Assembly: GCA_963668695.2 (NCBI GenBank)
Contig: CAXXLQ010000004.1
Span: forward strand, 128,001 to 192,000
Reading direction: 5' to 3'
DNA: 64,000 nt
From: Vicinamibacteria bacterium
GTDB taxonomy: Bacteria; Acidobacteriota; Vicinamibacteria; Marinacidobacterales; Marinacidobacteraceae
A program made the position numbers and the translations under genes. Of this stretch, positions 1-10,354 are shown in pieces; the stretch's first letter is position 1; every line of letters begins with the position of its first letter. The notes under the pieces were generated by a model, which was not told the DNA's origin, searched no databases, and worked only from the letters and a program-made list of their open reading frames with translations.

Positions 1-775
1 ACGTCTGGTACGCGGCCGCCGCTCCGCTGAGGATCGCCTCCGCTCCCTCGGCTCGCAGCCGGCCCCGCTCGGCCTCCGGGATCCGCTCGGGGAGCGAAGC
101 GAAGGGCGCGTAGAAGACGCTTTCCTCCGGGTCTTCGACCACGTGGCTCGCGATCGTGACCTCGTACCCCTCGAGGACCACCCGGGGCACGGTCATTCCG
201 AGTTCCATGCCGCGCCGCATGAGGGCGATGTGCTCCTCGAAGTAGCGGGGAATGTCGCGGAGCAGCGCGATGTAGGCGTCGTAGTCGGCCGCCGTGCGCA
301 GCGGAAGCGAGTTCGGGAGGCGCGCCATCCCGATGTGGAATCCGGAATCGGCGTTGATCGGGAGGAAGTGGCCGCCGAACTGCGCGTCACCGATCTGCTC
401 GGCGAGCGCCGCCTCGAAGATGTCCCGATGGACCTGGTCGTCGTCCGAAAGCCGCTCGCGGGGGATTTCGAGCAGCCGGTCCCGGAAACCGCGCGCCGCC
501 GCCGCGCGCCGCTCGCTGTCGGCCTCGGTCATGGAGCCGAGAGTCGTCGGGGAAACGCCGTCGAGCGAGGCCGCAAAACGGGGCTCCTCCTGGCGGCGGA
601 ACTCCATGAAGTCGTCGAAGAGCGCGTGGAGTTCGGCATCACCCGACGCGGGAACCGGCTGGGCGGGCGCCGGCGCGGGAACCGGCTGGGCGGGCGCCAG
701 CGCGGGAACAAGCCCCGCCACCCCGAGCCAGAGGCCGATCCGGAGCGCGCGGGCGCAGAAGAGCGTGGAAATCAT
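1..775 (-). CDS. DUF885 family protein (partial, runs off the left edge)
   Basis: Manual minus-strand translation from ATG 775: signal peptide MISTLFCARALRIGLWLGVAGL, then ...GHFLPINADSGFH...LRTAADYDAYIALLRDIPRYFEEHIALMRRGMELGMTVPRVV, typical of DUF885. Absent from the ORF track because no stop lies in the window. Confidence 0.75.
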   Translation of the reverse strand, partial: MISTLFCARALRIGLWLGVAGLVPALAPAQPVPAPAPAQPVPASGDAELHALFDDFMEFRRQEEPRFAASLDGVSPTTLGSMTEADSERRAAAARGFRDRLLEIPRERLSDDDQVHRDIFEAALAEQIGDAQFGGHFLPINADSGFHIGMARLPNSLPLRTAADYDAYIALLRDIPRYFEEHIALMRRGMELGMTVPRVVLEGYEVTIASHVVEDPEESVFYAPFASLPERIPEAERGRLRAEGAEAILSGAAAAYQT

Positions 776-892
776 GAAGCCGATGCTACCGAACCGCCTT
801 CCGCCCGCCCGAGCAACGTTCCGGACCGGTGGAGCGCCCGGGACCTCCCGCGCGGCGAGCCGGGTAGACTCGAACCTCGATCGAGGTGCACC

Positions 893-2587
893 ATGAATGT
901 GTCAAGAGGGAACGAACACGCACGCAGAAAATTCCTCGCCTACTTCTCGGGCGCCGGACTGACCACGACGCTCTTCCCCGGCGTGCTTTGGGCGCGTCTC
1001 CAGGAGAGCGGCGCGGAGAGCTTGAACATCGGCATGATGAAGGAGACCGCGGCTCTCGCCGGGCTTGAGTTCACCGACGAGGAATACGAGCTGATGGTGG
1101 ACGAGGTCAAGAAGAACTTCGACCACTACCACGAGATGCGGCAAACGCACCTCGACAACTCGGTACCTCCTCCCCTCTATTTCAACCCCGCCGTTCCCGG
1201 GATGAGGTTCGAGCGCACCGAACGGGCGTTGCGCCTGAGTGAAGTGCGCGGGGTGTCGCGTCCCGCCAATCTGGAGGATGTCGCGTTCTGGCCGGTGACC
1301 CGGTTGGCCCGCCTGATCGAGACGCGCGAGGTCAGCGCGCTCGAGCTGACCGACATGTATCTCTCGAGGCTCGAGCGGTTGAATCCGGTCCTCAACTGCG
1401 TCGTGACCCTCACCACGGACCGGGCGCGCGAACAAGCGCGGCAGGCGGATGAAGAAATCGCCGCCGGACGCTACCGGGGCCCGCTCCACGGCATCCCCTG
1501 GGGCGCCAAGGACATCATCGCGGTGCGCGGATACCGCACGACCTGGGGCGCCGCCCCCTTCGAGAATCAGGTCCTCGACGTGGACGCCGCCGTCGTCCAG
1601 CGTCTGGATGCGGCGGGCGCCGTGCTCGTCGCCAAGCTCACGACCGGCGAGCTGGCGTTCGGCGACCAGTGGTTCGGCGGGCGCACGAACAACCCGTGGA
1701 AGCCGGAGGAAGGTTCCAGCGGGTCGTCCGCCGGCTCGGGCTCGGCGGCCGGCGGCGGCCTCGTGGGGTTCGCGATCGGAACCGACACGGGCGGATCGAT
1801 CCTCTCGCCGGCGGTGCGGAACGGCGTCGTCGGCCTCCGCCCGACATTCGGGAGGGTCAGCCGCTACGGCGTGATGGCCGCCGGGTACACGCTGGACAAG
1901 ATCGGGCCCATGACGCGAATGGTCGAGGACAACGCTTTGGTCCTGCATGCCATTGCCGGGCCTGACGACCGCGACCTCGCCGTCGTCGCTGGCGTTCCGT
2001 TCAACTGGGACGGTACGGCTTCCGTGCGCGAACTGCGGTTCGGCTTTTTCGCGTCCGCGTTCGAAGAGGCGGATTCGCCGGAAGGCGAAGCGACTCTCGC
2101 CCACGCCCGCCGGAGTCTGGACACCCTCCGCTCGCTCGGCTATGACCTCAAACCCGTGGAGATACCGCGCAATCGACTCTCGTATTTCATCGAGTACGTC
2201 GAGCGGGCCGCCGGTTTCGACGAATTCGCGCGGACCCGGCAGGACACCGACCTGAAGCGGCAGCGGCATCGCGGCGAGCTGCGCGCGTCGCATCTCGTGC
2301 CCGCGGTCGAGTATTTGCAGGCCAACCGAATTCGCTACCTGTTCATGCAGGAGATGGCCAGCGTCATGGCGGAGCTCGACGTCGTCGTGTCCCCGTGGCG
2401 CGCGATCAATCCGCTCACGAGCATGACCGGCCACCCGGTCGTAACCGTGCCCAACGGTTTCGAAGAGGACGATACGCCGACCGGGATCTCCCTCATGGGA
2501 CGGATTTACGGAGAAGAGCGACTCCTGCTCGCCGCGAAAACGCTTCAGGACGCGACGGACTACCACCACCGCCACCCGAGTCTCTAG
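893..2587 (+). CDS. Amidase signature family protein with Tat-like signal
   Basis: GPLHGIPWGAKD, GSSGSSAGS and IGTDTGGSI amidase-signature motifs; N-terminal ARRKFL twin-arginine. The track start at 143 overlaps the DUF885 gene, so ATG 893 was chosen. Confidence 0.9.
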   Translation: MNVSRGNEHARRKFLAYFSGAGLTTTLFPGVLWARLQESGAESLNIGMMKETAALAGLEFTDEEYELMVDEVKKNFDHYHEMRQTHLDNSVPPPLYFNPAVPGMRFERTERALRLSEVRGVSRPANLEDVAFWPVTRLARLIETREVSALELTDMYLSRLERLNPVLNCVVTLTTDRAREQARQADEEIAAGRYRGPLHGIPWGAKDIIAVRGYRTTWGAAPFENQVLDVDAAVVQRLDAAGAVLVAKLTTGELAFGDQWFGGRTNNPWKPEEGSSGSSAGSGSAAGGGLVGFAIGTDTGGSILSPAVRNGVVGLRPTFGRVSRYGVMAAGYTLDKIGPMTRMVEDNALVLHAIAGPDDRDLAVVAGVPFNWDGTASVRELRFGFFASAFEEADSPEGEATLAHARRSLDTLRSLGYDLKPVEIPRNRLSYFIEYVERAAGFDEFARTRQDTDLKRQRHRGELRASHLVPAVEYLQANRIRYLFMQEMASVMAELDVVVSPWRAINPLTSMTGHPVVTVPNGFEEDDTPTGISLMGRIYGEERLLLAAKTLQDATDYHHRHPSL

Positions 2588-2605
2588 AGCCTCGGGCCCC
2601 GCGGT

Positions 2606-3790
2606 CTAGTTCGGCAGCTTCAGTTCCGCTGCCTCGCCCACGATCTCGAGCTCGGTTCCGAACTCCCTCGACTGCTCCACGATCAGTTCGAGCAGCTCCG
2701 TCGCGTCCGCCCCCGTGGCGAGGCGCGGCGCGCCGTGCGGATAGAACACGCGGTCAATGGTCGCTTCGTACGAAACCATCGGGGTCAGCGTCAACGACCT
2801 CAGACGGTCTTCCTCGAACGTGACGCTCGCCATGACCGTTCGCCAGGCGTCCACATCGGGTGCGTAGTAGATCGGGCGCCGCACCTGGAAGATCCAGTTC
2901 GACAGGCCGTACAGGATGGGCTTCCCCTTGTAAATCTCGATGCCGCGATTCACGGGAGTCCCGTGCGACAGATAGAGGTCAGCCCCGGCGTCGATCAGTT
3001 CGTGCGTGAGCTGGCGTCGCCAGGCGGCAACCGTCTCCCGCTGGGGCTGGTTGTTATGGCAGTGGTGGTACACCATGACGATCTGCGCGTGTCGTGCCGC
3101 CTCGCGGACGGAGGCCAGGAGGCGCTGCCGGTCGGCCTCGTCCACCTGCTGCGTCCGCTCGTCGAAGCCCACGAAGAACGCACCCGGCGTGTCTTCGGTC
3201 GCGTCACCTCCCTCGTAGATCAACGACGTCATCGAAACTAGCGCCACCAGACCGGCGGGGGTCTGCAGGTAGCCCGGAGCGCTCGCCTCCTCGACATTGG
3301 CTCCCGTCCCCGAGTAGGCGAATCCACCGCGGCGAGCACTCGTGATCGTCTGGAACACTCCGTCCGCGCCGAGGTCGTAGGAATGGTTGTTCGCGAGGCT
3401 GAGCAGGTTGACGTTGATCGCGCGCAGGCTCTCCATCGCACCACTCGTCGCGCGGTGCACGAGTCCGAAACGCTTGGGCCGCGCCGTGCCGTCCACCATG
3501 TCGGTCCTGTCCATCACCGCTTCGAAATTGGTGAACACGACGTCGTAGTCGGCGAGCACCTCGGCCATCTGTGTGGCGCTCTCTGGAGATTCCCGTCGCA
3601 GGTCGTAGCGGATGATCGACTGGCCGAACAGTGCCATGCGCAGCAGCCGCGCCTCCGCCGCGGGCGACTGGGGCTCCGTCTGGCCGGCCCCCGACGGAGC
3701 CGCCAGCCCGATCACAGCCAGCCCGATCACAGCCAGCCCGGCGAACAAACACGTGATCCGATGCACGACAGTCCTCCGTTCGTTCGTCAT
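2606..3790 (-). CDS. CapA/PgsA family metallophosphoesterase-fold protein, secreted (copy 1)
   Basis: FTNFE, LANNHSYDLG, GIEIYKGKPILYGLSNW motifs; signal peptide; ATGA overlap with the ggt stop at 3787-3790. Confidence 0.85.
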   Translation of the reverse strand: MTNERRTVVHRITCLFAGLAVIGLAVIGLAAPSGAGQTEPQSPAAEARLLRMALFGQSIIRYDLRRESPESATQMAEVLADYDVVFTNFEAVMDRTDMVDGTARPKRFGLVHRATSGAMESLRAINVNLLSLANNHSYDLGADGVFQTITSARRGGFAYSGTGANVEEASAPGYLQTPAGLVALVSMTSLIYEGGDATEDTPGAFFVGFDERTQQVDEADRQRLLASVREAARHAQIVMVYHHCHNNQPQRETVAAWRRQLTHELIDAGADLYLSHGTPVNRGIEIYKGKPILYGLSNWIFQVRRPIYYAPDVDAWRTVMASVTFEEDRLRSLTLTPMVSYEATIDRVFYPHGAPRLATGADATELLELIVEQSREFGTELEIVGEAAELKLPN

Positions 3791-5853
3791 TCCGCGCGGT
3801 AGCTGCATTTCAGGTCGCGGCGCACCCGGCCGCCGCGGTACTGGATCTCGAGAAGTCCCTCACGTTCCTCGCCGGGCGCGAAGGTCTCCGCAGCCGGGTT
3901 CGCATTGACGAGGAGGGTGACGAGGTTGACGTCGTCGATCTCGTCTTCTCCGCGTCGCATGCCGGCAGCGGTGTAGGCGGTGTTCCCCAGGCGCCCGGTA
4001 CCCGGCCAGTGCTCCTGGGGGCCACTCTGGTGCTCGAGGTCGGCCGCGTCTCTCGTGACCACAACCTGCGTGCCCGGGCGCGTGGGAAACTCGGCATCCG
4101 ATATCACGAGCTGCGCCGGCGCCACGGGCCGGTCGGTGGCATAGCGGAGCGAAACGAGATAGCTGCCACCCCGCGCGTACTCGGGGACCCGCCCTTCGAA
4201 TTCCGAGCACTCCCAACCGGACGCGGGGGCCCTGCTTCCCTCGAAGGGTGCACCGCCGGCACTCGTCGAACCCGGACCCCTGGCGCTCCCTCGCCCGCGA
4301 GGGTCAGCGGCGCCGATCCACTCGCCACTCGCTGCGTCGAAGGCGACGGCATGAACACGCGCTGCCGGCTCGGTGACGATCTCGGTCTCGAAGCCAAGCT
4401 GCGCCAACTCCTCCGCGACGCCGGCTGCGCCATCGAACTCAAACCCGTCTCCCCGGGGGTGCACGCGCGGCGCCGCGACGGCATCGGGGAGGCTCAATCC
4501 CTGGGCGAGCACGCGACCCACGACGTTCACGATCGCACTGGGAATCCTTCTCCCCCCCGCGGCCCCGACAACGATCCGGGGGCGACCGTTCTCGAGCACC
4601 AGCAGCGGCGATTGGTTGAGCGAGGCTCTCTCACCGGGCTCGATGGGTCCCTTGTAGCCGCCGAGGGTTGCGGCGTAGAGGAAACCCAGGCCAGGCGTCG
4701 CGACCCCGGATCCGAAACTCGGTCCGAGGGATTGGGTCATGGCGACCACCATGCCGTTCCTGTCGGCGGTTGACAGGTGCGTGGTGTGGGCGTCGCCGTC
4801 TTCTCCCCACGTCGTCCCGGTGGCGGCCGGCCGAGTCCGCACCCGGGCAGCCCTCTCGACCGCGTGCTCGTGCGAGACCATCCGCTGCTCCTTCGTGATC
4901 TGGGGTCCGGGCAGTGTCTCTCTGTCTTCGAATGCCAGCGCGATCGCCTGACCGACGACCGCCGCCCACTCGGCGGGGCCGGCCCGCGGGAGATCGAACT
5001 GGTCCATGATCTGCAGAGCCTCGATCACCATGTAGCCCGACGGCGGCCGGCCGCTACCGACCAGCTCGTAGCCGCGGTAGTGGCCGCGTACGATTCGCAT
5101 GGGCTGCGCCTCGTACTTCGCGAGGTCCTCCTCTCGCACGTACCCACCGTTCGCGGAAATGTCTCGCGCCATCTGCCGGGCGATCTCCCCCCGGTAGAAA
5201 GCTTCCGGGCCTTTCTCCGCAATGACCCTCAAGGTACGCGCCAGATCGCGCTGGACGAGTCGCTCCCCGACCCGGTAGGGAGAGCCGTCAGGCTTGAGGA
5301 AGTAGCTTCTCGAACCCTCAAACTCGCTGAGGTGATCCGTGACCGTGCCGAAGCGAAGGGGAAAGCCCCGCTCGGCGAGCGCGATCGCTGGTGCGAGAAC
5401 ATCCGGAAGTGACAGTGTTCCGAACTCCCGCAGGAGTTGGGCGTAGGCGGCGACGGTTCCCGGCACGCCGATCGTGCCGTAACCGTATTTCGCCTCTGGA
5501 GCCTTCGAGGGATCGTAGCCCTCGGGCGCCTGGACCATTCCGTCGATGCCGTGCACGGAGCCGTCCGGAGTCCGCACCAGGGCCACGGCCCGCCCACCGA
5601 GGCCCGTCATCGCCGGGTGAACGACGGCCAGCACGAATCCAGCCGCGACCGCGGCGTCCACCGCGCTGCCTCCTCGCGCCAGCATCTGGACACCGGCGTC
5701 GGTGGCGCGAGGGTCCGCGGTGGCGACCATGCCGTCTCGCGAACGCGCGACCTGTTGCGGCTCTTCTTGCGGCTCTTCCGGGAGCGCACCCGATACCCGG
5801 CTCTGCGAGGCCGCGCACACGACGAGGAGTGCCGCGACGACTCTAGAAGCCAC
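3787..5853 (-). CDS. ggt: Gamma-glutamyltransferase family protein with C-terminal extension
   Basis: GGSAVDAAVAAG, GVPGTVA, FYRGEIA, autoprocessing site HTTHLS, GAAGGRRI and GAADPR motifs; signal peptide. Confidence 0.9.
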   Translation of the reverse strand: MASRVVAALLVVCAASQSRVSGALPEEPQEEPQQVARSRDGMVATADPRATDAGVQMLARGGSAVDAAVAAGFVLAVVHPAMTGLGGRAVALVRTPDGSVHGIDGMVQAPEGYDPSKAPEAKYGYGTIGVPGTVAAYAQLLREFGTLSLPDVLAPAIALAERGFPLRFGTVTDHLSEFEGSRSYFLKPDGSPYRVGERLVQRDLARTLRVIAEKGPEAFYRGEIARQMARDISANGGYVREEDLAKYEAQPMRIVRGHYRGYELVGSGRPPSGYMVIEALQIMDQFDLPRAGPAEWAAVVGQAIALAFEDRETLPGPQITKEQRMVSHEHAVERAARVRTRPAATGTTWGEDGDAHTTHLSTADRNGMVVAMTQSLGPSFGSGVATPGLGFLYAATLGGYKGPIEPGERASLNQSPLLVLENGRPRIVVGAAGGRRIPSAIVNVVGRVLAQGLSLPDAVAAPRVHPRGDGFEFDGAAGVAEELAQLGFETEIVTEPAARVHAVAFDAASGEWIGAADPRGRGSARGPGSTSAGGAPFEGSRAPASGWECSEFEGRVPEYARGGSYLVSLRYATDRPVAPAQLVISDAEFPTRPGTQVVVTRDAADLEHQSGPQEHWPGTGRLGNTAYTAAGMRRGEDEIDDVNLVTLLVNANPAAETFAPGEEREGLLEIQYRGGRVRRDLKCSYRAE

Positions 5854-5950
5854 CAGGGTAAGACCTCCTTGCTCTGAACTCGCGGAGCAGACGCTCAGCG
5901 GCCTCGATTGTAAGTGTCAGAGCGCGGTACCCTCTCGCGGAGCCGGCGGC

Positions 5951-6155
5951 CTAGCAGCCTGTGGATGAAGTGGCGTGAGTGCCGAGGCGGGCGAGGCGCC
6001 CGGCTGACAAGGCGCGCGAGAGAGGAATACCGAGTGTATTTCGACCGCAGCGCAACGATGAGGGCCGCGAAGCGGCACGTTTCAGCCGGGATGCATCGCC
6101 CGCCGAGCCCCCACCGGGAGAACTGGGCCGCGTGACTTTGTCCACAGGCTGCTAG
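5951..6155. mobile_element. MITE (CAGCCTGTGG terminal inverted repeats, CTAG duplication)
   Basis: CTAG-CAGCCTGTGGA...TCCACAGGCTG-CTAG; the right CTAG contains the TAG stop of the 6152..7252 gene. Confidence 0.85.
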
Positions 6156-7252
6156 GGCACCGTTTCGAGTTCGACGAAGGCCCGGCCGTCACGAAGCGAG
6201 AGCGTGGTTCCCAGTGCCGACGAGAGTTCGGTGAGACGCTTCAGGATCCGTGCGCTGCGTTCCGGTCGCGCCACCTCGGGGTAGCCTCGCTTCTCGAAGA
6301 AGAACTCTCCGGGCACACCGTGGTCGAGGGCGATCGGCGTCAATGAAATCGACCGCACGCCGCTCTTCGCGAGCGTCATCTCAACGATGACGCTCTCCCA
6401 GACGTCGTCGGGATAGTGATCCAGCTCCGTCCTGCTGTGGAAGATGAAGTTACCGAGCCCATAGAACATCGGCCGGCCGCGATACAGCTCGACGCCACTG
6501 AGCGTGGGCTGACCGTGGCTCACGTACAGGCTCGCCCCCGCGTCCACTGCCGCGCGCGCCCATCGGCGCTGCCAGCCCCCCGGGTCGTCGACTTGGAAGT
6601 GCTGATAGGCGATCACCACGTCGGCATTCCTCGCGGCCTCCTGAATCGCAGCGATGTTGCGATCCCAGCCAGCCTGATCGTCGAGCCCGAGCAGATTCAC
6701 GCCAGGTCGCACCTCGGTCGCCGCGGCCTCGGGGGGGTTGTTCACGGTGGCCATCGCGACCAGCGCGAACTTCAGCCCACTCACCTCGCGGTACGCTGGA
6801 GCCGTGGCTTCTCGCAGATTCGCTCCGGTGCCCGCGTGGGTGAACCCCCGGTGCGTCACCTCCAAGATGGTCGATACGATCCCGGTCGCCCCGTAGTCCC
6901 ACGAGTGATTGTTCGCCAGCGACAGCATGTCGACTTTGATTTCACGCAGGTAATCCAGGACAGCCGGGCCGGCGCCGTGGAAGAAGGTCCCCTCTCGTGT
7001 CGGGGCGCATTCGCAACCCTCGCCGCGCACGGCCACTTCAAGGTTGGTGAAGACGAGGTCGGCCGAGGCGAGAATCGGCGTGACCGTTCGCAGCGGCGCC
7101 TCGAGGTACGGCCGTGGATCGTGCTCGATCAGCGCCTGCCCCAGCAAGACCACGTGGGTCGAATCGTCGTCGGATGACGCCTGGGGAGCCTCGCCCGAGC
7201 AGCCGGACAGCGCGGGAATCGAGAGCGCGAGAACGATGGATGTCGCCTTCAT
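6152..7252 (-). CDS. CapA family lipoprotein (copy 2)
   Basis: Lipobox ALSGC; FTNLE, LANNHSWDYG and YGLGNF motifs. Confidence 0.85.
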   Translation of the reverse strand: MKATSIVLALSIPALSGCSGEAPQASSDDDSTHVVLLGQALIEHDPRPYLEAPLRTVTPILASADLVFTNLEVAVRGEGCECAPTREGTFFHGAGPAVLDYLREIKVDMLSLANNHSWDYGATGIVSTILEVTHRGFTHAGTGANLREATAPAYREVSGLKFALVAMATVNNPPEAAATEVRPGVNLLGLDDQAGWDRNIAAIQEAARNADVVIAYQHFQVDDPGGWQRRWARAAVDAGASLYVSHGQPTLSGVELYRGRPMFYGLGNFIFHSRTELDHYPDDVWESVIVEMTLAKSGVRSISLTPIALDHGVPGEFFFEKRGYPEVARPERSARILKRLTELSSALGTTLSLRDGRAFVELETVP

Positions 7253-7338
7253 GAATTGGCGCCCCTCGTTGGGTCTCTAATCAATGCGATCCGCTGACGC
7301 CAAAGGTTCGATGTCCGGCTCATGCTGAAGGCCTCGGT

Positions 7339-10197
7339 CTAGAACCGGAGGTCGATGCCCACGCGGAATGATCGCGCCGGGAGGATGGCGATCACTTCCT
7401 TGAAGCGGGAGCCGGAGGTCGTCCGGAAGTTGGTCACGGTGCCCGCGTTCAACACGTTCGACACGTCCAGGAGCACCGACAGCGTCGTTCCGCTTGCACC
7501 GACGGTGAAGTCCTTGTCCAGGCGCAGGTCCCAGATGCGCAGGCTCGGGCCGCGGTTGCTCGCGACAGGCTCCGCCGGCATGTTCTCCCGGCCCGCTTCG
7601 GGGAGGCGGGGGGTGATCCGGCGCGCCCACGGGTAGCCGCTGTGGAACCGGTAGGTCGTCGAGGTGCCCAGACCCCACCACGGGGTCTCATACCGTCCGA
7701 CAACCTTGTAGGTGTAGGTGGTCGTGCTTTCGGGGCTGTAGCGACGCCGGTTCGGTCTCCACTCGAAAACGCTGCGGACGTGGACCGGGTCCTGCGGACC
7801 GGTCCGCGAGCTCTCGTCGTAGAACTGGTTGGTCCAGGTGTGGCCGGCCGACGCGAGCAGCATCCACCGGTCCCGGAAGCGGCGATGAACGGCGAGTTCC
7901 AGGGTGTGATGGTCGGCGTCGTGGGCGGGGGTGCCCGCGTCGGGGCCCGGGTTCGTGAGCACGTTGTTCGATGAGACTCCGTCCTCCCGATCGAAGATGT
8001 TGAGCGTCTGGTCGTCCGCGGTGCCCGCCTCGTTGTCCGGCCCCACGTCCACGAAGGTGAACGGGACCGTGTAGGCGACGGCCCGATTGAGGTCCACGAT
8101 CGCGATCTGACGCCTGAGGTTCTTGTAGACCCACGAGACTCTGAGCGACGTGCTCAGGCCGATCTCGCGCTCGAAATGCGCCGACAACTCCTCGCCGTAG
8201 GGCTGCTTGAGGTCGGGGTCCGTGACCTGGCCGCCGGCGCCGCCTTCTGTATCGAGCAGACGCCCGAGTTCGCTGGCGCCATCAAGCACCCGGTTCCCGT
8301 TGAGATCGGCGAACTCCCAGCGCTGCGACGAATAACCGAGCGGGTTGGCGTCTTCGGTGAGGTTGTCGATGGGGTCGAGATAGAAGCGTCCGGCGAAGAC
8401 CTTGAGCACCGTGCTGCCGTCGCCGCTCACGTCCCACGCCACGCCGCCGCGGGGAGCGAACTGGTTCCATGTCACCACGGTTTCGGCTGACACCGAGTCA
8501 ACCGGGAAGAACCCCGTCCGGTTGGGCGTGTTGGTCTCGTCCGGCCATCCCAGCACGTAGTTGTCGTAGCGCACTCCGAGGTTCACCGTGACTCGCGGCG
8601 AGACGTTCCAACTGTCCTGCGCGAAGAAGCCGAAGTTTCGGTTGTGGTTCTCCACATCGATCGGCGTATTGAAGACGTCAACCTCGACGGGAATGCCTTC
8701 CTCGTCGTAGTAGTAGGCGTCTCCGGCGTTGAAGCGGCGGAGCCCGCCAGTGAACTTGTTGACGTCAACGCCTACTTTGAAGGCGTGGTCCCCCGGGGAC
8801 CAGGAGAGACTGCCGCTGAACTGGGGCCTGTGGTCCGTCGTGTTCCGCTGAAGGGGATTCGGCCCGGTCAACTGGCCGGTGGTCAGCTCCTGCCGCCCGG
8901 GCTCGATTCCTTCAACCGACTCGCTCTTGTTCGCCGGATTGGTGCGCAGGTTCGTCGCGTGGTGGAGGCCGACCTGCACGTCGAGGAACATCCGATCCGA
9001 CAGGACGCTCGTCCACTCGATCTTTCCGATGTGCATCCTGCCGATCTGGTACTGCGCGGACTCCGGTGGAACCACCGCGCTGACGCCCCGCTGCGGGTCG
9101 AACTTCTCGCGCCAGGCGTAGTAACCGATCAGGGTGTTGCGTGCGTTGAGCGCGTAGTTGACCTTGGTGCTGACGTTGCGCAGCCGGGTCTGCGCCTCCT
9201 GACCGGGTAACCCGACGATGTTGCGCTGGATGTCGTGCTCGCGGACGCTGGTATAGAACCATGCCTTGCCCCGCCGGATCGGGCCGCCGAAATCGGCGTT
9301 CACGTCATGCATGCTGGTGATGCTGCTGCCCTCCCCGAAGCCGCCGCGAGGCGCCCCGAAGCCGTCCCCGTCCACGCCGCCGGACTCGGCGAGGGCCGAG
9401 GGCACGTTGTCGCTCCGCATGCCGTCGTTTTGGAAACTGAAGTGCGTGCTGCCATGGAAGTCATTCCCACCCGACTTGACCGTGAAGTTCAGCAGCGCGC
9501 CGGGCCCCGAGTTCTCCCCCATGTTGCCCGACGACCCGAGTTCGAACTCCTCGTAGCTGCCGAAGTCGAAATACGCGCTGTTGCTGGTCTGGCTGTTGTT
9601 GGAGCGGACGCCCTCGATATAGGTGACGTGCCCCACGGCGATGCCGTAGGCGCTGAAGCGCGTCTGCGAACCGACGTGCGAGCCGCCCACGTCGACGCCC
9701 TGCATCTCGAAGCCCGGCGCGAGCGTCATCGCGCTCCAGACATCACGGGCCGTCGGGACCGTCGCCAGCGTCTCCCTGTCGAAGCTCGTTCCCGTGGCGG
9801 TGCTCTTGACGTCCACGATCGGCGCCTCAGCCACGACAGTGACCTCTTCGGTGACCCCGCCGGGGGCCAGCGTCGCGTTCACCGTGAGCGTCCTGCGCAG
9901 CGTGAGCCCGATCCCCTCGTGCCGGACGGTCTGGAAACTCGCGAGTTCGAAGGTCACTGAGTAGACGCCCGGCGGGAGCGACACAAAGCGGTACCGGCCG
10001 TTCGTCGCGGTGACGACGGTCCGCGGTTGGACCAGTGCCGGCCCGGCCGCCGTGACCGTAACTCCCGGTAGAACACCGCCGGTCGAGTCGGTCGCGACGC
10101 CGACGATGTCGCCGCGCAGCTCCTGAGCAGCTACCTCAGGAGCGAGGCCACCGATCAGGCAACAACAGAAAACAACAAAACCTGTTAACGCACGCAT
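7339..10197 (-). CDS. TonB-dependent receptor (Oar-like, N-terminal carboxypeptidase-regulatory-like domain)
   Basis: DSTGGVLPGVTVT N-domain, VKSGGNDFHG, FAQDSW..VTVNLGVRYD, C-terminal RVGIDLRF. ATG 10197 is preceded by GGAGAG and followed by a signal peptide. Confidence 0.9.
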   Translation of the reverse strand: MRALTGFVVFCCCLIGGLAPEVAAQELRGDIVGVATDSTGGVLPGVTVTAAGPALVQPRTVVTATNGRYRFVSLPPGVYSVTFELASFQTVRHEGIGLTLRRTLTVNATLAPGGVTEEVTVVAEAPIVDVKSTATGTSFDRETLATVPTARDVWSAMTLAPGFEMQGVDVGGSHVGSQTRFSAYGIAVGHVTYIEGVRSNNSQTSNSAYFDFGSYEEFELGSSGNMGENSGPGALLNFTVKSGGNDFHGSTHFSFQNDGMRSDNVPSALAESGGVDGDGFGAPRGGFGEGSSITSMHDVNADFGGPIRRGKAWFYTSVREHDIQRNIVGLPGQEAQTRLRNVSTKVNYALNARNTLIGYYAWREKFDPQRGVSAVVPPESAQYQIGRMHIGKIEWTSVLSDRMFLDVQVGLHHATNLRTNPANKSESVEGIEPGRQELTTGQLTGPNPLQRNTTDHRPQFSGSLSWSPGDHAFKVGVDVNKFTGGLRRFNAGDAYYYDEEGIPVEVDVFNTPIDVENHNRNFGFFAQDSWNVSPRVTVNLGVRYDNYVLGWPDETNTPNRTGFFPVDSVSAETVVTWNQFAPRGGVAWDVSGDGSTVLKVFAGRFYLDPIDNLTEDANPLGYSSQRWEFADLNGNRVLDGASELGRLLDTEGGAGGQVTDPDLKQPYGEELSAHFEREIGLSTSLRVSWVYKNLRRQIAIVDLNRAVAYTVPFTFVDVGPDNEAGTADDQTLNIFDREDGVSSNNVLTNPGPDAGTPAHDADHHTLELAVHRRFRDRWMLLASAGHTWTNQFYDESSRTGPQDPVHVRSVFEWRPNRRRYSPESTTTYTYKVVGRYETPWWGLGTSTTYRFHSGYPWARRITPRLPEAGRENMPAEPVASNRGPSLRIWDLRLDKDFTVGASGTTLSVLLDVSNVLNAGTVTNFRTTSGSRFKEVIAILPARSFRVGIDLRF

Positions 10198-10324
10198 TTC
10201 ATACTCTCCACGGGACACCCCAACGCTGACAAGAAGCCGACTAGTTTCACTGCCAGGACGACTTACGACGCCGACCCAGCCTCCGCAGCCTCGTTTTCGT
10301 TTACCGGCGAACCCTTTGATCATG

Positions 10325-10354
10325 AGTCTCCCAGCATGCCTATATGCATGTCAA
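10325..10354 (-). promoter_or_regulatory. Putative sigma70 promoter of the TonB receptor overlapped by a 16-bp imperfect palindrome
   Basis: Minus-strand TTGACA at 10354-10349 and a weak -10 (GAGACT) 18 bp downstream; palindrome CATGCCTATATGCATG at 10335-10350. Confidence 0.45.

Noticed and set aside
143-892. N-terminal 250 aa of the 814-aa amidase ORF
   Set aside because: It is antisense to the DUF885 gene; the real start is ATG 893 with a Tat-like signal.
10335-10350. Similarity between the promoter palindrome (GCATGCCTATATGC) and array unit B (GCATGCGTCTATTGC)
   Set aside because: The match is essentially the 6-bp GCATGC plus a gapped tail, too short to distinguish from chance.
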